Shown: positions 14,449 through 28,320 of the stretch, piece after piece
Layout: every line of letters starts with the position of its first letter
Numbering within the stretch: the stretch's first letter is position 1
DNA from: Blasia pusilla
Taxonomy: Eukaryota
Reading direction: 5' to 3'
Length of the DNA: 64,000 bases
NCBI GenBank assembly: GCA_050084515.1
Contig: CM114271.1
Location: 13,702,001-13,766,000 of the forward strand
Made by a program: the position numbers and the translations under genes
Notes under the pieces: model-generated
Seen by the model: only the letters and a program-made list of their open reading frames with translations
The model's database searches: none
What the model was told of the DNA's origin: nothing

Positions 14449-15838
14449 AAAGTTATATTTCTGACTCAAGCAACTTCTTGTGCTAATTCTTGGACTTGGT
14501 TTCGACTTTGGTCAAATTTCAATCTCAACTCTCTTAATTCCTTAATCATGTCCTTAAAGTTTCTTCTATTATCACTTCACCTTTTCCTTGATCCTTTACT
14601 ACCAATTTAATATAATTTTAATTTGTACACTTGCCAATTTCACACAATAGGGATTATAAAAGATACTATTGACGTAATAATCTCATCATAATACTCTTGG
14701 CCAAACTTCTTCACTATAAACTCTCTATATGCTATATTAGGTCGAGAAATCATATGGACTATACATTCAATAAAATAAATATTCATTGGGGCTTATTCAA
14801 ATCCATCCCCTATATCTCATTCAAAATAAAAGATAAATAGTGTAATCACATATATAATAATATATAACAATTGGGAGGATCATGGAGAAGTGAGATTCCA
14901 TCACTTGTATTTTAAAAGTTTCACCAAAGTGATATATGAGGTACCTTATGAACCAATATTTATCTATATACAAGAGCTTGATAGTTAAAAAATTTAGAAG
15001 TGGAAAATTAAAAGTCATTCTCGCTCTCCTTGCATCCATTACCTGCAAAGTAGCCCTCCCCCTTCAATTGTACTTGTAGCTCAATGACCACTACCAACCT
15101 CTAACAAGCCTCTCTAAACTCACAACACTTTATTATTAGTTGGTTATTTTTCCAAAAGGGATAATCCACTCTCATTGAAAGAGCAACATTCCTCTAATAT
15201 CATTATAACTCTCTAGATCATAACACCATTCTAGAATTGCACAAAAGTAGAATGCCCTTGGAGATCTCTCTTTTATATTTATATACTCAAAGATAGGTGC
15301 AATTAAGAAACTGGCACAGTCTCATTGTTATCCCATTTCTGGTTGGTTCTTTCCCACTTATGCGCTATATGGTATAGGCTCTAACTTAACTATGACTAAC
15401 AAAGGATGGTTACAATTAGGATTGATATTGAGATCACATATTTTATATAATTTGGAATGGATTGACTCACAGTTGTTTGTTATAGTAATTTTTTATATGT
15501 ATGAATGTATTTAGCATCAATATACCCGCAATAGGAGCTAGCCAAAAATAAATATTTTTTACCTTATCTATTTCCCTAGCATGAGCCGTCAAGAAGCCAA
15601 GAAGTGAAATCCTCTAGAAAAAACCTTTCTTAAGAAAAAATACGCTAATAGAAGACTTAGTGAAAAAAAAAAAAGGATTCCAATAGAGAGTTGTTATGAA
15701 GGCTACAATAGGACTTTAATATAAACTAGCCACATTTCCTGAAAAGAGGGAACAAAACTTACCAATAAGAAAGGACTATACCTAAATATGCTTGTTGTGT
15801 AATAGAAACAAGGCATGATATAGGAAGGGCATGAGGGG

Positions 15839-16391
15839 ACATATGACGTTTTTGAAGAAATATGTGCGCCAATTATTTCAATGGTCTTATACTTCGGTTT
15901 CTTTTTTCTACCGAGCGCAACCCCCCCCCCCCCCTAAACACACTCTTGCCACCACTTTCTTGCACCCCATACTCGGAAACTTGCCCTTGGGCAGGCGACC
16001 TGGTTTCCCAAAATAGGGAAAGGGGCGGGATGGCATGTTCATGAACATGTCCGAACGTGTCCGCTTCCGTGGCGGGCACAGATGCGGGATGAGAGAAATA
16101 TTTCTCGCACAGACATGTCATACGGATATAAGTCCATGGACACAAATTTTATTCTGCGTGCAACCTTGGAGTTGATGCTACCTTTGGAATTGAAAATAAC
16201 TTGATTGTTACAAGTACTTATCGGGTGCCTAAGGCCATGCATATGGCAAGACCTCGTCCGTGAGAGCTCACACTCACAATGCAATCATATTTAATGAGAT
16301 TGCCAAAATTGGACTCATGATATTAAGAGAAACCGAAGTATAAGACCATTGAAATAATTGGCGCACATATTTCTTAAAAAACATCATATGT
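15839..16391. repeat. 64-bp inverted repeat pair (15839-15902 and 16328-16391) enclosing 425 bp; probable MITE/foldback element
   Basis: ACATATGACG...CTTCGGTTTCT is the reverse complement of AGAAACCGAAG...CATCATATGT with 2 mismatches. Confidence 0.85.
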
Positions 16392-17614
16392 TGATTATTT
16401 GCAAGTGAAAATTATCATTTCCTAGGCACATTAAGAAAAAGCCGACGTGGCCAATGGTGGAACATTTTTCTTTCGTCTCCAAACCAAGATATTAAAATTT
16501 CCATGTACATAGTGAGCTATAGAAAATATCCACTTTAAAGATGAGTTTTTTTTAAATCAAAATTTTGAAGTTCTAATGTTAAGAAACTCTCTTTCAAAAT
16601 GTCCCCGAACCCCCCAAATGACTACGCCCATGTATGGGTTATTAAAAAAAAAACTCTTAAAAAAGGACAAAGAAAGGTAAGAAAACAAGGAAAGAAAACT
16701 AGTATAAATTTAAGCCAAAAATCATGAGGTTCTAATAGAATATGAGAGTCGACAACGTTGGAGTCAAACAAACGGTGTCATGCACGTCTTACGTCGTGTT
16801 TTGCATCGCTTTCTCTTGCCACAAGCATGTCGTGCGTCTGAAAAGTCCATGGACGCGCTGGTTCGCGCATGTTCTCTCCCGCCTATATCGTATTCCATAT
16901 GATATTGTAGCAAGGCTTTCGCATCCGACGAACCTGGATGCAGTGATACACTCATCCATTCGGATTCCCATCCTGATTCCAAGTGTGCTTCAACTTGCTT
17001 GAAGCTATCAGCAACCTGACCGGACCCATTCAAGATTATTCCGAACGGGAAAGCATATCATTTCAAACCAGGAGCCATTCGCGAACCATGGCACGTTCAC
17101 TCGACCACTGTTCACATGTACGTAGAAATGGGACGGAAGAAATCTAAGTGTCTTTTGTACAACTGCACTCACATTTTCCGGTATCCAAGTCCTATGATCT
17201 TGACTAGACGCGGCAGCGTATGATGAGTGAACACACTTTCTTGAGGGCTTGTAGTTCTGACCGCAAATTCTATCATAGACAAGGCAAGCCCTCGTTACAG
17301 AAATTACCCAAGTTCGTTCACTAAACATGAATCGCATGACGCGGACTTAATGGTTTTCATATATGATAATGAGCGGATTTTCTCGTACTCTAGGGGAAGC
17401 GAGACAGGTAGGTACTAACAGCAAATCAAAAGATCTCGAAAGACGAGTCTCCCGTCTGTCATATATATGACCGCTCATCAACTCCTGTGCAAAGAGCCAA
17501 AATTGTTGGAAATGTTTCGGCTACCCTTTTCTTCTTTGCAACAAATTGAATCGGACCTGACCTACTGGTATTAGAATTTTCGTACGTGCTGGTCAGCGGA
17601 GCAATTTTTTAGCG

Positions 17615-18814
17615 CTATAGGAAAGATTCGAGAGAGGGGATGATAACGTGCCAGTCTTTGTGAACGCTGGAGTACATCGTCCAATTGGAGAATCCGGTAC
17701 AAGAATTCGAGGAGACATTGAAAACAACGAGTTTCTTGACCGCGCATGCCGAGCCTTCTTCCTGCCACAGATACATGACATCGCCGAGGCCTGCGCATCT
17801 CAATCCTAGTTTGTTGTCGAGGTGAACGGTGCCGCTCAAGCAGGAGACAAGTGATTTTGGCATTTCTATGGCAGTGAGCCAGAGCTCGGAGCCGGAGTCA
17901 CGCAGCTCGAGGAACCTGTAGCTCCGCTGAGAATCGGAGCCTCTCGTCAACAGCAAGACCCGTCCGCTGAGTTCCACGAGTTGAACTCTAAGATAATGCG
18001 GGAAGCTACAGCTGGGCAGTTCGTAGATGACCTCGCTCCAAGTTTCGCTTTGCACGGTGTATTTCAAAAGCCGGCTGCCGAGATCCATGAGACAGTACAT
18101 GTCTCCGTTGCAGCTGATGGCCTGATCGTAGAATCTGCCTCGCGGGACTCGAGCCACCTCTTTCCAAGTTCCAGTGGCGGAGTCGAAGACATGAGTTCTC
18201 CCGTTTGATTCCGCGTATGATCCCGCAACAATGAGTTTGTAGGTTCGAGCTCTCTCGGAGTCGGACAGCTTTGTGGAGTACACGACCATACCTGCTACCA
18301 TCTCGCGCCCTGCCATTTGAGCACCTTTGCAGAGCTGTGAGGGCAAAGAAGGTTGTTGATCGTGAGAGCTTGGCATATGCAACCGCCTCCATTTCTTCGT
18401 CACTGGATTGCAGATAACGAAGTCACCAAAAGCATCGCCACCAAATATTTCAAAACACAGCAAGCCTCCCCCTGATGCAACCAGCCACAAAAAGTCGGAG
18501 CGAACTGGAAGAAATAACAGGTTGACTTTCTCCCACGAGTTGCGTCTAGAGTTGTAGGCTGTGAGTGTCCCGTGACGCCAATTCAGAAGCACGGTTCTTC
18601 GAATGGGGCACTTTTGCAAAATACGGGAAGAAAGTACCCATGAGTTCCATTGCTTGCAAACACGGCGGACTCTATTCAGATCGGGTAAGGAAAGCTTAGC
18701 GAGGACTTTTTGGAGGACGTCCTCCGGAAGCTTCTCCCACACTTGGGGATTCATCTGATGTTCTTCATCTGAGTCTTCAAATGGAACGCTTCTAGCGCTA
18801 TAACAGACTCCCAT
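17615..18814 (-). CDS. F-box protein with C-terminal kelch-like/F-box-associated beta-propeller, 399 aa, single exon
   Basis: Uninterrupted ORF. F-box WEKLPEDVLQKVLAKLSLPDLNRVRRVCKQWN, then VASGGGLLC, ICNPVTKKWRRL and VFDSATGTW motifs of plant F-box/kelch-like proteins. Confidence 0.92.
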   Translation of the reverse strand: MGVCYSARSVPFEDSDEEHQMNPQVWEKLPEDVLQKVLAKLSLPDLNRVRRVCKQWNSWVLSSRILQKCPIRRTVLLNWRHGTLTAYNSRRNSWEKVNLLFLPVRSDFLWLVASGGGLLCFEIFGGDAFGDFVICNPVTKKWRRLHMPSSHDQQPSLPSQLCKGAQMAGREMVAGMVVYSTKLSDSERARTYKLIVAGSYAESNGRTHVFDSATGTWKEVARVPRGRFYDQAISCNGDMYCLMDLGSRLLKYTVQSETWSEVIYELPSCSFPHYLRVQLVELSGRVLLLTRGSDSQRSYRFLELRDSGSELWLTAIEMPKSLVSCLSGTVHLDNKLGLRCAGLGDVMYLWQEEGSACAVKKLVVFNVSSNSCTGFSNWTMYSSVHKDWHVIIPSLESFL

Positions 18815-21800
18815 GTTAGATCGACTCGATGAATGTTAAAAACTAATCTAATTCACAGGACTCAAAACTCTGGGAGGACTTTCCAGTTCTGGCATCATGA
18901 ACTGCTCGTTAACTCTGTTTCTAAAAACTGTACATCTAGGATCGGAGACGGCACCCCACATGTGCACAATTGCTTTACCTGGGCATCTCTCTAGATCTCC
19001 CTATGTCATTGAACCGTTAGTAAGAGCAAAGTACTTGCTGAGATTGAATCTCTTCAAGGTGGGCATATGTGTGCATTTAGGCCACCGATAGGAGGTAATT
19101 TCTCCAATTCTAGCTCGTGCACGCTTGATCCGTGACCGCCATATCTGTTTCTCACAGTCCCCGAGGTTGGATTTCTCTGGAAACGTACCGCAAGGTGGCA
19201 CCAAAAATTCCTCTAGAGTCTCTCTTGTGTTTGTGACCGCTGTGAACTCGTGTAAGGGCACAACCTAGTTACACATACTCCACGTCAGATTTCCACAGTC
19301 AGAGCCGTGACTTCAGATGTCACGATCTTTGCCATCAATGAGCGGCGTTGATACTCAACTATGTACAACAGGGGCATGGTGCGACTTCACTGCTGGAGTT
19401 GCATGCCTTCTATCAAGTACAACAGTTCACACAGCCAAAATAGAAATGTTTCGGTACCGACCTTGATGGCGAGCGGTCCAATATTCTTACAATCTCTTAT
19501 TCCCAGCAATCGCAAAAGTAGTGTCTGGTGGATGGGCCAAATTCTTATCAATCGACTCATCATCAGGTTTCATCCACATATTCTCTCAAAAAGTTGGCAT
19601 TGTTTGAAAGTCTTTTCCATCTAGCGAAGGCTCCTTCTCCTCGGTGCTTCACTTCATCTAGAACGCTTTTGCCAGACATATGAATGAGCACATATTCTGA
19701 AGCCGTCAGAGCCCTTCAATCCAACAGCCATAGTTTGCAGGATTCCATTGCCGTGCTAACTATTTCGTGGAGTTTCCACATGCAATATTTCCATGTGAAT
19801 TGGTATGGAAACTTGAGTCCGCTGGACTCATCTAGTCATCAGCCCGCGGTCGCCAGCCGCAGTGATCCGCCGGATGGGAAAGTGTTCATGAAGAGACCGT
19901 CTATGTGGATACCCGGGAATGGCCAGAGAAATCGTTAAGTGGCCGATTCGTTCCCGGACGCGCTCTCATTCCAGGGTGAGATTTCTACACGGGAGACCTG
20001 TCACCAACCCTTCCGCATGTGCCCTGCTCTTTCTTCGCGTTGTGGTTCATAAGTCCTGTGTGTAACAATACCTACAATAATTCCAAAGTAGGCTTTGCGG
20101 CCAGAGCCACATGTGATGCCTAAGGTGGGGCCTGATTTTGATCCGGTCGAACTCTAACCCGCCCAAATACTTTCATTCGTCCATGTGCCTTTCCACTTAC
20201 GTAAGCTAGACTTGATAGACCCCTTTGTTGAATTCGACAAATTGTGACGATCACGTCATTAAAACCTCTGTAATGTTACACGCAGCGTTTCCCGCAGAAT
20301 TGCAATTTCCAAATATGGTCTAGTAACGATTCCGGAGAACGTGAAACACAGAGAGGGAGAGAGAGACTAAGCTCAGTAACCCCTACGACCAATGGCTACA
20401 CGTCCGCGTAACTACTATACTGAGTCTGTACGTGTTCACGGCAGTAATATTCCACTCCAATCATACGCATGAAGCATCGAAAGCCTACGGCGCAGATGAG
20501 GCCAGACAGAGGCAGCTCAGAACCAACTCGTGGATACTCTAGTTGGTGGACATCTCAGCTCCAATGTAGTTCATGGAAGAATTCCGTCGGTCACCCAATC
20601 GCTAGTCGCCGATGATTCTGATTCGCGGATTGGCATGGCGGACTCATAGGTGTGCTGTAACATCGTTCACAAAGGCCTTTACATCTCCGAGGTTGAGGTC
20701 TAAGATCGTACCCGATATGAGACTACCCGTGGACCCTACCTCGAGAATTCTCTCCGAAAAGTTGGAACTGCCAGTTTTGTAGACAAGTTGATGCACACGA
20801 GGGTTTGCGCCGTAGGCTTTCGGTGAATGCCCGCGTGCATGCATGGGCAATCTGGATTCTGATCAGTCGAGTAGGTCATACGTCCTCGAAGTGCTTGGGA
20901 AAGAGACTTGATGGAGAGCATTGGGGGTCCAAGAGATGCCACAGATTCCACCCAGATAGTCGTGGCTATAATATTCGGGGTCTACAAGGAAATTTTCGAT
21001 TAATGGTTATTTGTACTTTTTCCTGCTTTAGAGAAGAAAATCCATTTGCGCTGAAACAGCATAAAGCTAATGCTAGGCTAATAAGAACAAAAGCATAAAG
21101 CTAAGCTAATAAGAACAATGTTTGATCCGTCAATCGACATTCGAGCTTGGGTTGTGCCACTTCCAGTGGTAATTGACGGTAGTGGCCCAAGCCAGTTTCC
21201 GAGCTCACGAACCTGGTCTTGATCGATTATCGTTGGCGTACAAGCTGTCTCGGCTGGGCCACGTACTACAGGGAACCAATGGTTTGAAGTTGTCCAGAAG
21301 GACAAGTGTTTCTGTGGTGAATGCCGGAATCGGCGTGGTGTCTGACACTGGAAGCCATTTGTGAAGTTAGCTATGGGCGCAAGTGTGCAGGACATGGAGG
21401 TATTTCGGATACCCTCTTTGCACGGTCTTAACCACACGCTCTGTCCTTGTCGAGAGCACTATATCGTCCAAGCCCCAGGGTCTATCTTGGGCCCAGCTCT
21501 ATGGATCTATCTAGGGCTGTTGATTATTACAGTGACGTTATTCCCTAACTACTCTTCCTAATCTACATCTCCTTTACGCATCTTCACAAGCCATTAAACG
21601 TGGAACATTTTCACGCCTCCTCCATACTCCTCAAGTAGGCATCCCTGTACATTCAGTGTGAAAGTTCTCCGACTATCCCTCGGTGGAAGTACATTAGACA
21701 TTCTTCCCCGACTTGAAACACGCAGCACCAGATCCTGTATCCCATCGACGTACAAGACCTTCATGAAATTTTGTGGGCTCCAAGTGAGATTCCGACACCG

Positions 21801-22978
21801 ATATAACCACGGGTCCTTGCAGCCTCCTCGCGCAGGCACAATCTCCCGAGTAGGTAGACTTGGGGAACATGCCAGTGAACTTGCAGGAAATGACTGTCCA
21901 GCCGGGAGTGTGGTGCTCTCCCTCTGCGACAGGAGCTCGGTCGGGAAGCCAAACATTCGTGAGAAGGGGACGAACCATCCATTATGCATCGACCCGAGAC
22001 GCCCTTAGGCTTTACCCAGATAACTCTGGACACCTCAATTCGCCTCAGCGGTGCCCATGCGTTCGAACGTTGCGGGCGAATGTAAGTTGTCTGTACTGGG
22101 ATGTACGACAATGTATCCACCACGATAAAGAGGACCATCGAAGGTAGGTGGTAGTGTAGCACGTGACTTGATTGACAAAATGGTCTACGTGCAAGAAGGC
22201 ACTTGAGCTTCCCTGGCATTCTACCTGGCACTGAAAAGTGAAGGTAATATCCACAGAATGATACTAGCCCCGAGAGCACAGCTACAACTTGCACATTCCT
22301 TGCTTTAAAATTTTCCTTTCATATCCTAGCCACAGTACTTTCTAGGCGCAAGCACAACACTTCATTCTAATTGGCTATGTACTTTGAGAAAAATAATATG
22401 TTCCAAACTTCCGAGTGAGTTTTAAGGAGGGGCCTCAGTCCTAACTTCCCGTCTGCAGTACTTCGGAATCAGAACTACCAAAGTTCTCGTCTGGTAATCT
22501 GTGACAAGTAAATTACAAGGGTGGGTGTCGACCACAGTTGATGAAAAAGAAAAAGGGTACCTGTTTCGAGGATCTCATCAACCCACCCTCTGTGTCCACC
22601 CAATAATTCACCCTAAGCCGCCTATACCTGTATCGCTTATATTTGTTCCTCCTAGCAACTGAGGGCTCTGAGGAACATCCATATGCCATGACCCACCCTC
22701 TTATCCCGACCATCAATGACTGCTGCCAAGATGAGTCCATGCACAAAACCACAGCTGGGAACACTTTCAACTCCTCATGCCACACACAGCAGGGGAAATG
22801 GCCTAGTTTACATTGAAGGAACGTTTACCACTTCTCTGAAGAGATCGACAACATTGTGTCAAATGGTACAAGCAACCAGATTAAAACCTTTCCCAGAGAA
22901 AAACGAAAGAAAACCAGCGGCAGTTTACAAAATCACAGGTCCACTGTATCAGCAGTCTTTCTTGATGTGAGTGCACAG

Positions 22979-25758
22979 CTATTGCACAGATAGTGGGGCT
23001 GTTTCTGCCCCTGGAGAGTTGTGTACTTCCTTTGCAGGACTTCCATTTGGCTTGATCTGGTGTTCCTGATTATCCAGTTTTAAATTTGACATGTCTGGCG
23101 CCTCTGTTAACTTCCAGTATTGAGCTGTCAGGACGTCATCCTCCTTCATTTGCTTCGCATACTCAATAAAATCAAATGTAGATGTGTTATTGCCTCCAAA
23201 TGAAGTTTCCAGCTTGTCCATGTCGAAAAGCTCTGGTAAGAGCTTCAGGCTCTCTTGATTCTTACTATAAACAAACTTTACCTTGCGAAATGTCTTTGGG
23301 TCAAGGAAGGGTTTAACAATCTGCAAGTCAACAATTTCAAGTGAGTCAGACATACCAAGAACATAAAGCAAAGCTCTTCCCATAAATTATAGAAAACAAG
23401 TGAGAGTCCCCAGAGTCCAATATTCCATAAGAAACCTATCCCAGGATTAATTGAATCATTTAGATGCTGAAGTAACAATATCTAAGAGTCACAGTCAGCA
23501 CTCTCATTCAAAACAAACTAGACTAGGAAATTATGAAAATATGGCTCATAAGACTTACAGCCCAGAAGGTTTCAAATAGCTTAGGAGGATCATAAAGAAT
23601 GGCCAGACTCAGTCGTTCAGGGTACATGTTCTGCAAGATGTTTGCAGTTTCCCGAGCAGTGCTGATAGGAACAGACTTGCGCATTGTCCATCCCTTGAAG
23701 TCGATCAGCCACACCATCTGCTCTAGGTCTTTGGGTAATTTCATGATAGCATTCTCAATGGTGTAAACCAGCTGGCGTATCTGTCCATTTTGGTCCGTAG
23801 TGTTCTGCAATGAATGCAAGTGACTGAGTCACTCTGTACCTCGTGTCCTCGTGAACCTATATGGGCATAAAGACAGTCGTAGAACCCGAATAGATAGTGC
23901 ATAAAACAGCACCACTGATTCAAGACCCTGATTTGACAGAAACTAAAATAAACATGCGAATTAATTTTGAATTATTGAGGGGATGTTTCAAGAAAAGTCC
24001 ATCACCAACACTGCTAACCATGCAGAGAAAAGTGAAAACTCCTGAGATAGTTCACATCACATACAACTTCAATGTCAAACTTAGTACTTGTGCATAAGGT
24101 ATGTCTGTTTTACCTGATTCCCTGGCCTCATTACAAGCACAGTCCTGCCCAACTTATCAACAAAGTTGCCTCTGTAAACTTTGCCAGTTTCACATTCTAC
24201 TGCAACCTCTTCCTGCCATAAGAAGCTCAAGATTGCAATTAAGGCCATGTTTGCTTTTGTACGCATCCCTAAACCAAGAATAACTTGCAAGAGAAACTTC
24301 TATTCTGCTCAACAAATACCATGAAACTACCTGACTTGAAAAGCAAAAACTAGTCTTGCATGATTGGGATGACCAATAAAAGGCCCGTCAATTTGAACTA
24401 CCAAGAACTTTTAGCTGTAAGATAATATTATATAGCCTAAAGTGCCACAGTTTCAGAAAAGGGTGAGAACCTCATGGTTAGCAAACAATCACAAGTACTT
24501 CTCCTTCCATACGAAACAAAATAGAGGGTGGTCTTTTAAGAATGTTGAGACTAGATCTGTTCAAGATAAATTAGAACGACAAGTCTAATGTGACTTCATC
24601 CCAATTTTTAGATCGTCAAGGTGAAAAATCCTTGGAACTGTTGTAACATTTGGGCCAGAGAAACTTGAAGAGATCGTGACTCCAGATGGGGAAACAGACT
24701 CCCAGATGTAGACTACAGACACATAATCTAATTTCAACCAGTGGAAACAGGACAGGTGTATTGGCTGAATCATGCCAAAGACAGACCAAGCCCTTGACTG
24801 TAAGTGGGACACTCCCATCTCTATCTTTTGAAATCCTGCCACTGAATGACAGCTTCAGGGTTGAATGTTCATTCAGGGAACTGCTTCTGGGTGTTTGTTC
24901 AGAAACAATCATGGAAAATTGAAGGGACAAGGCGTTTAGGTTAAAAAATTCAAAAACTGGACATAAATACGTGCACTGAATGAGGGGTGTGTTTCCATCT
25001 GACGATGTCAGTACTGAATAAATCCTAGATCCATCCAAGTGCTCTCTTTCACATGCAATCTCATTGACCCCATTCCACAGCTCGCACAATTCTCATCCAT
25101 CCCCTTAGCACAGGCATTTGAGCAGCTACTAATTTATCAGTGGGTGAAATCTCTCTTGCAAACACAAACTGATATTTAGCATAAGGTAATATACTAGCCT
25201 CTGCTTCATGAGCAGTATTGTTCAACTCAGCACATTGGTATATTACCCAGTGTATATCTTCAGGTTTATATGACGCCCTCCACTTGATAGTTTCCTTCAA
25301 CATTTTTTCAGCCTTCTTGACATTCCAACTCCGTGCTCTTAGATACCGTGCAAGGCAGGCATCTGAACAGAAAAGTGCAGCTCGCCCTGATATTGGACCT
25401 AGAGCTGCCCGTAATTCTTTAACCTTCAAACCAGTAGCATTCCAAACCAATGCAAACGTGAGTATCGTAGCAGAAGCAAATGGAATTCACACCATACAAT
25501 AAAATTTTGAACAAAGCAACATTTGAATTAGATTCACAGCAAGGGATTAATCTAGTTTTGAATAACCAAGCATCCCAGAGATACTTTGAAGTACAATCCA
25601 TCACCAGTACTGAGAAGAATGTTCTGAATTCTCACTGCTCAGTACTTGTACATCATTGGGGAATTCCTCATTATGAGGTAGTTGCATACCTTGGCCAGCT
25701 CTTCAGCGGGGGAAATTGTTTCCTCATGAAATTTAGAGCCATTTTTCTTTGCGGACAT
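22979..25758 (-). CDS. SEC14-like / CRAL-TRIO phosphatidylinositol transfer protein, 310 aa. Coding exons 25758-25690, 25423-25247, 24212-24114, 23804-23559, 23320-22979
   Basis: All four introns are GT-AG and phase 0. The spliced product has CRAL-TRIO_N (SDACLARYLRARSWNVKKAEKMLKETIKWR) and CRAL-TRIO motifs (ETGKVY...DKLGRTVLVMRPG, MVWLIDFKGW, LQNMYPERL, VKPFLDPKTFRKVKF, LETSFGG). A further acceptor at 25820/25821 implies an upstream 5'UTR intron. Confidence 0.95.
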
Positions 25759-28237
25759 TCTAACCAGTGACAAATACACCACTAGCTATGTAGAAGTTCT
25801 TAGCTCCGAGTGTTGAATCCTGCAAAAGATGAAAAATATCTTTAAGTTGGGTCATAGTCGCACACTATCCAGCTAACCGAGACAAAAATCTAGAACAAAG
25901 TGCTCCCCCAAGAACATGATATAAATGTAGAATACGAATAGGTGCCAAATCAAAGCTCGCTTCTAAGGAATCAAACAGTTTAGGAGTACAAAGACAGTAC
26001 CAAGAAGTGCCACGCATACCTTATGTACTGTTAACTGACCTAACAGCTTGTTCACACATGAAACCCAAACCAAACCATTTGAAGGAAACTGCTTAATCGT
26101 CAACAAGCAAGTTATACTGAGATCCCCCAGCCCCAGAGTTGTGATCTATGAAATTCAAATGCTATAATAAGCTCAGACCAAACAGTAAAAGCAATTATCG
26201 AAACTCATTTGTGGTGAAATTCTATGCTGAGGATTATCTGATCAATATTGCAGAGAACCTTGGCAGGGTTCTCCATACAAATGCTGAGGTGAGCCCGAAT
26301 TGAATTGTCAACCACAAGAAATTGGCTGACAGGAGAGTTCTTTTGAAAGGAAATTTACAGAAGTCTTTTCTGGAGAGTCAGAAAATATCTAACGTGTAGC
26401 TAAGAAGACATACTCACCAATATTCCAACCCATACATAATTATCATGAAGCAGAAATAGCATAGACACAACCCACGGATGATTTAATAGATTTGGAGATC
26501 AAGTAGGCCCCCAGGAAGGAGGGGTTCGTTAACCTAAACTGCGACGTTGCTTACAGTTGTGCAGAAAACAAGCCCCGGTGCCCCATGCCGCAGTACCCAA
26601 ACAGATCAGAAATCTATCAAGTGGAGAATGAAGCAAACAAGTCATACATCGAAATAATGCTTTCTAAGTATCTGCCTGCATCACCAAGTCTTACAATCAT
26701 CCCCGGGACCTGCTGGCAGTATCTCTCCAAGATACAAAAATACTATGAAATTGCGTCCAATCTATGTTCTTGTCATGTAAGAAGTTGACCTCTCATCCAA
26801 TGCTAAGGCGCTTTCGATGGCAAGCGCTCCTAATACCGATTATAACAGTGAGGTTCGCATATCTGCACCGCTTCACGTAAAAGAGGTGCAAAAGAGAAGT
26901 GTAATGAAAGGACAGGTCTTCCTGCTCTAAAATCGAAGAACCTGACAAGCCATCCAATTGCAGAACAACCTCGCACGTGGCCGGAGATTCATTACCTCCG
27001 ATCCATCATCGGCTCAGGAAGTAGTCAATTCCAACACCTACATCCACCTCGTTAACCGATCATTCACCCCCACAAACGCAAATCACGTCTTCCTTGCGTT
27101 AGGAAGCCTCTAAGCTCAACGTACGCCCCACCATGACATCTACATTTGAGACTCGCGTAGATTGCTTCGAGTGTGAGCACCGGAAGGACGAAATAGTTCT
27201 GGAGGAACTCGATTTGATAATTGACCTTTCACGTCATACTGTTTACTGATCCGAAAAATCAGCCCAATATACAGGCCTGACCTGTCAACCCATACCTAGC
27301 CTGTGGTGGTCAGCCTGTCTGCAGTGACATGAAAATCCAAATACACAGCGCAAACTCATCCAACACACGGAGGAAACGCGGCAGCACCGAGTCCTACAAG
27401 AAGGCGCGGACCCTGATTAATTGATCTGAAATTTTCTAGCCCAGGGAAAGCCTATTGGCCAATGGGACCCCTTCCATGTGTGTGCCTTGTCACGGACTTC
27501 GTTCAGTACCTTACTCAAGCTTCTAAGCTTAGGCTATCTCCGAGGGAATTATGTTTCGGTAAGTATCCTAGAGATCACCGAGTAAAACAACGAGAGTGTC
27601 GCTAAAGTCGACAGATGTTAAACACAACGAATAGTGTTATTCCCTCGACCATGGGTCGCCACTGCCTTGGCAGCGATTGCCACCTCCAATGGCCTGGAAC
27701 CACTCCCGAATGTCACTTCCAAATATTGATTAGGTACTGAGCTTACGACCTCACGACGATCATACAAACTTTGAGCTACACCGAGCTGTCGTCTATCGCC
27801 AGATCTAAGAGAGAGAGAGGAGGAGCTCAACCTTCGGAATCGAGAGAGCACCTTTGAGATGATGAGCTTGGCGATGAAGGATGCCCTGGAGTTCTCGGGC
27901 CGCGATTCGTATACAAAAATGATGAAACCCGGGTAATCTCAAGGGTCAATTTTTCATTCCTCCAACCAATTCCCTCGCCCCAGAGCCCGAGTGAAACGAA
28001 GCAGACCGCAAACCCCAGGAAAGAATTTACGCTCCCACCTGTCCCTACACCACGGCTTCTAAATCAACGCCAATTAACTGTCCGTCTTGGTCAAATAGTA
28101 CTTGGCCTCAATATTCCAACCGTGCACATCAAAAATCCTCTAATGACTTCGGTATCCCTACTCCATGCACATCGTGCTCGAATTGCTCCACGCCCCGCTC
28201 CCGTAGACGCCTCTACGATCCTCCCGCCTTCCTGCTC

Positions 28238-28320
28238 CCTCTCTCTCTCTCTCTCTCTCTCCTCTCCCTCTCCTTCTCCTTCTCCCTCTCCCTCTCTCTC
28301 CTCCCACTCCCTCTCTTCCA
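28238..28320. repeat. CT-rich compound microsatellite
   Basis: Direct reading; lies upstream of the SEC14 coding region, possibly within its 5'UTR intron. Confidence 0.85.

Noticed and set aside
14136-14486. ORFs with SLSLSL or ERERER runs (also 28091-28428, 33310-33605)
   Set aside because: Translation artefacts of CT/AG microsatellites.
19300-22400. Overlapping 80-180 aa ORFs between the F-box and SEC14 genes
   Set aside because: No recognisable domain or consistent exon structure; probably UTR or intergenic sequence. A degenerate gene cannot be excluded.
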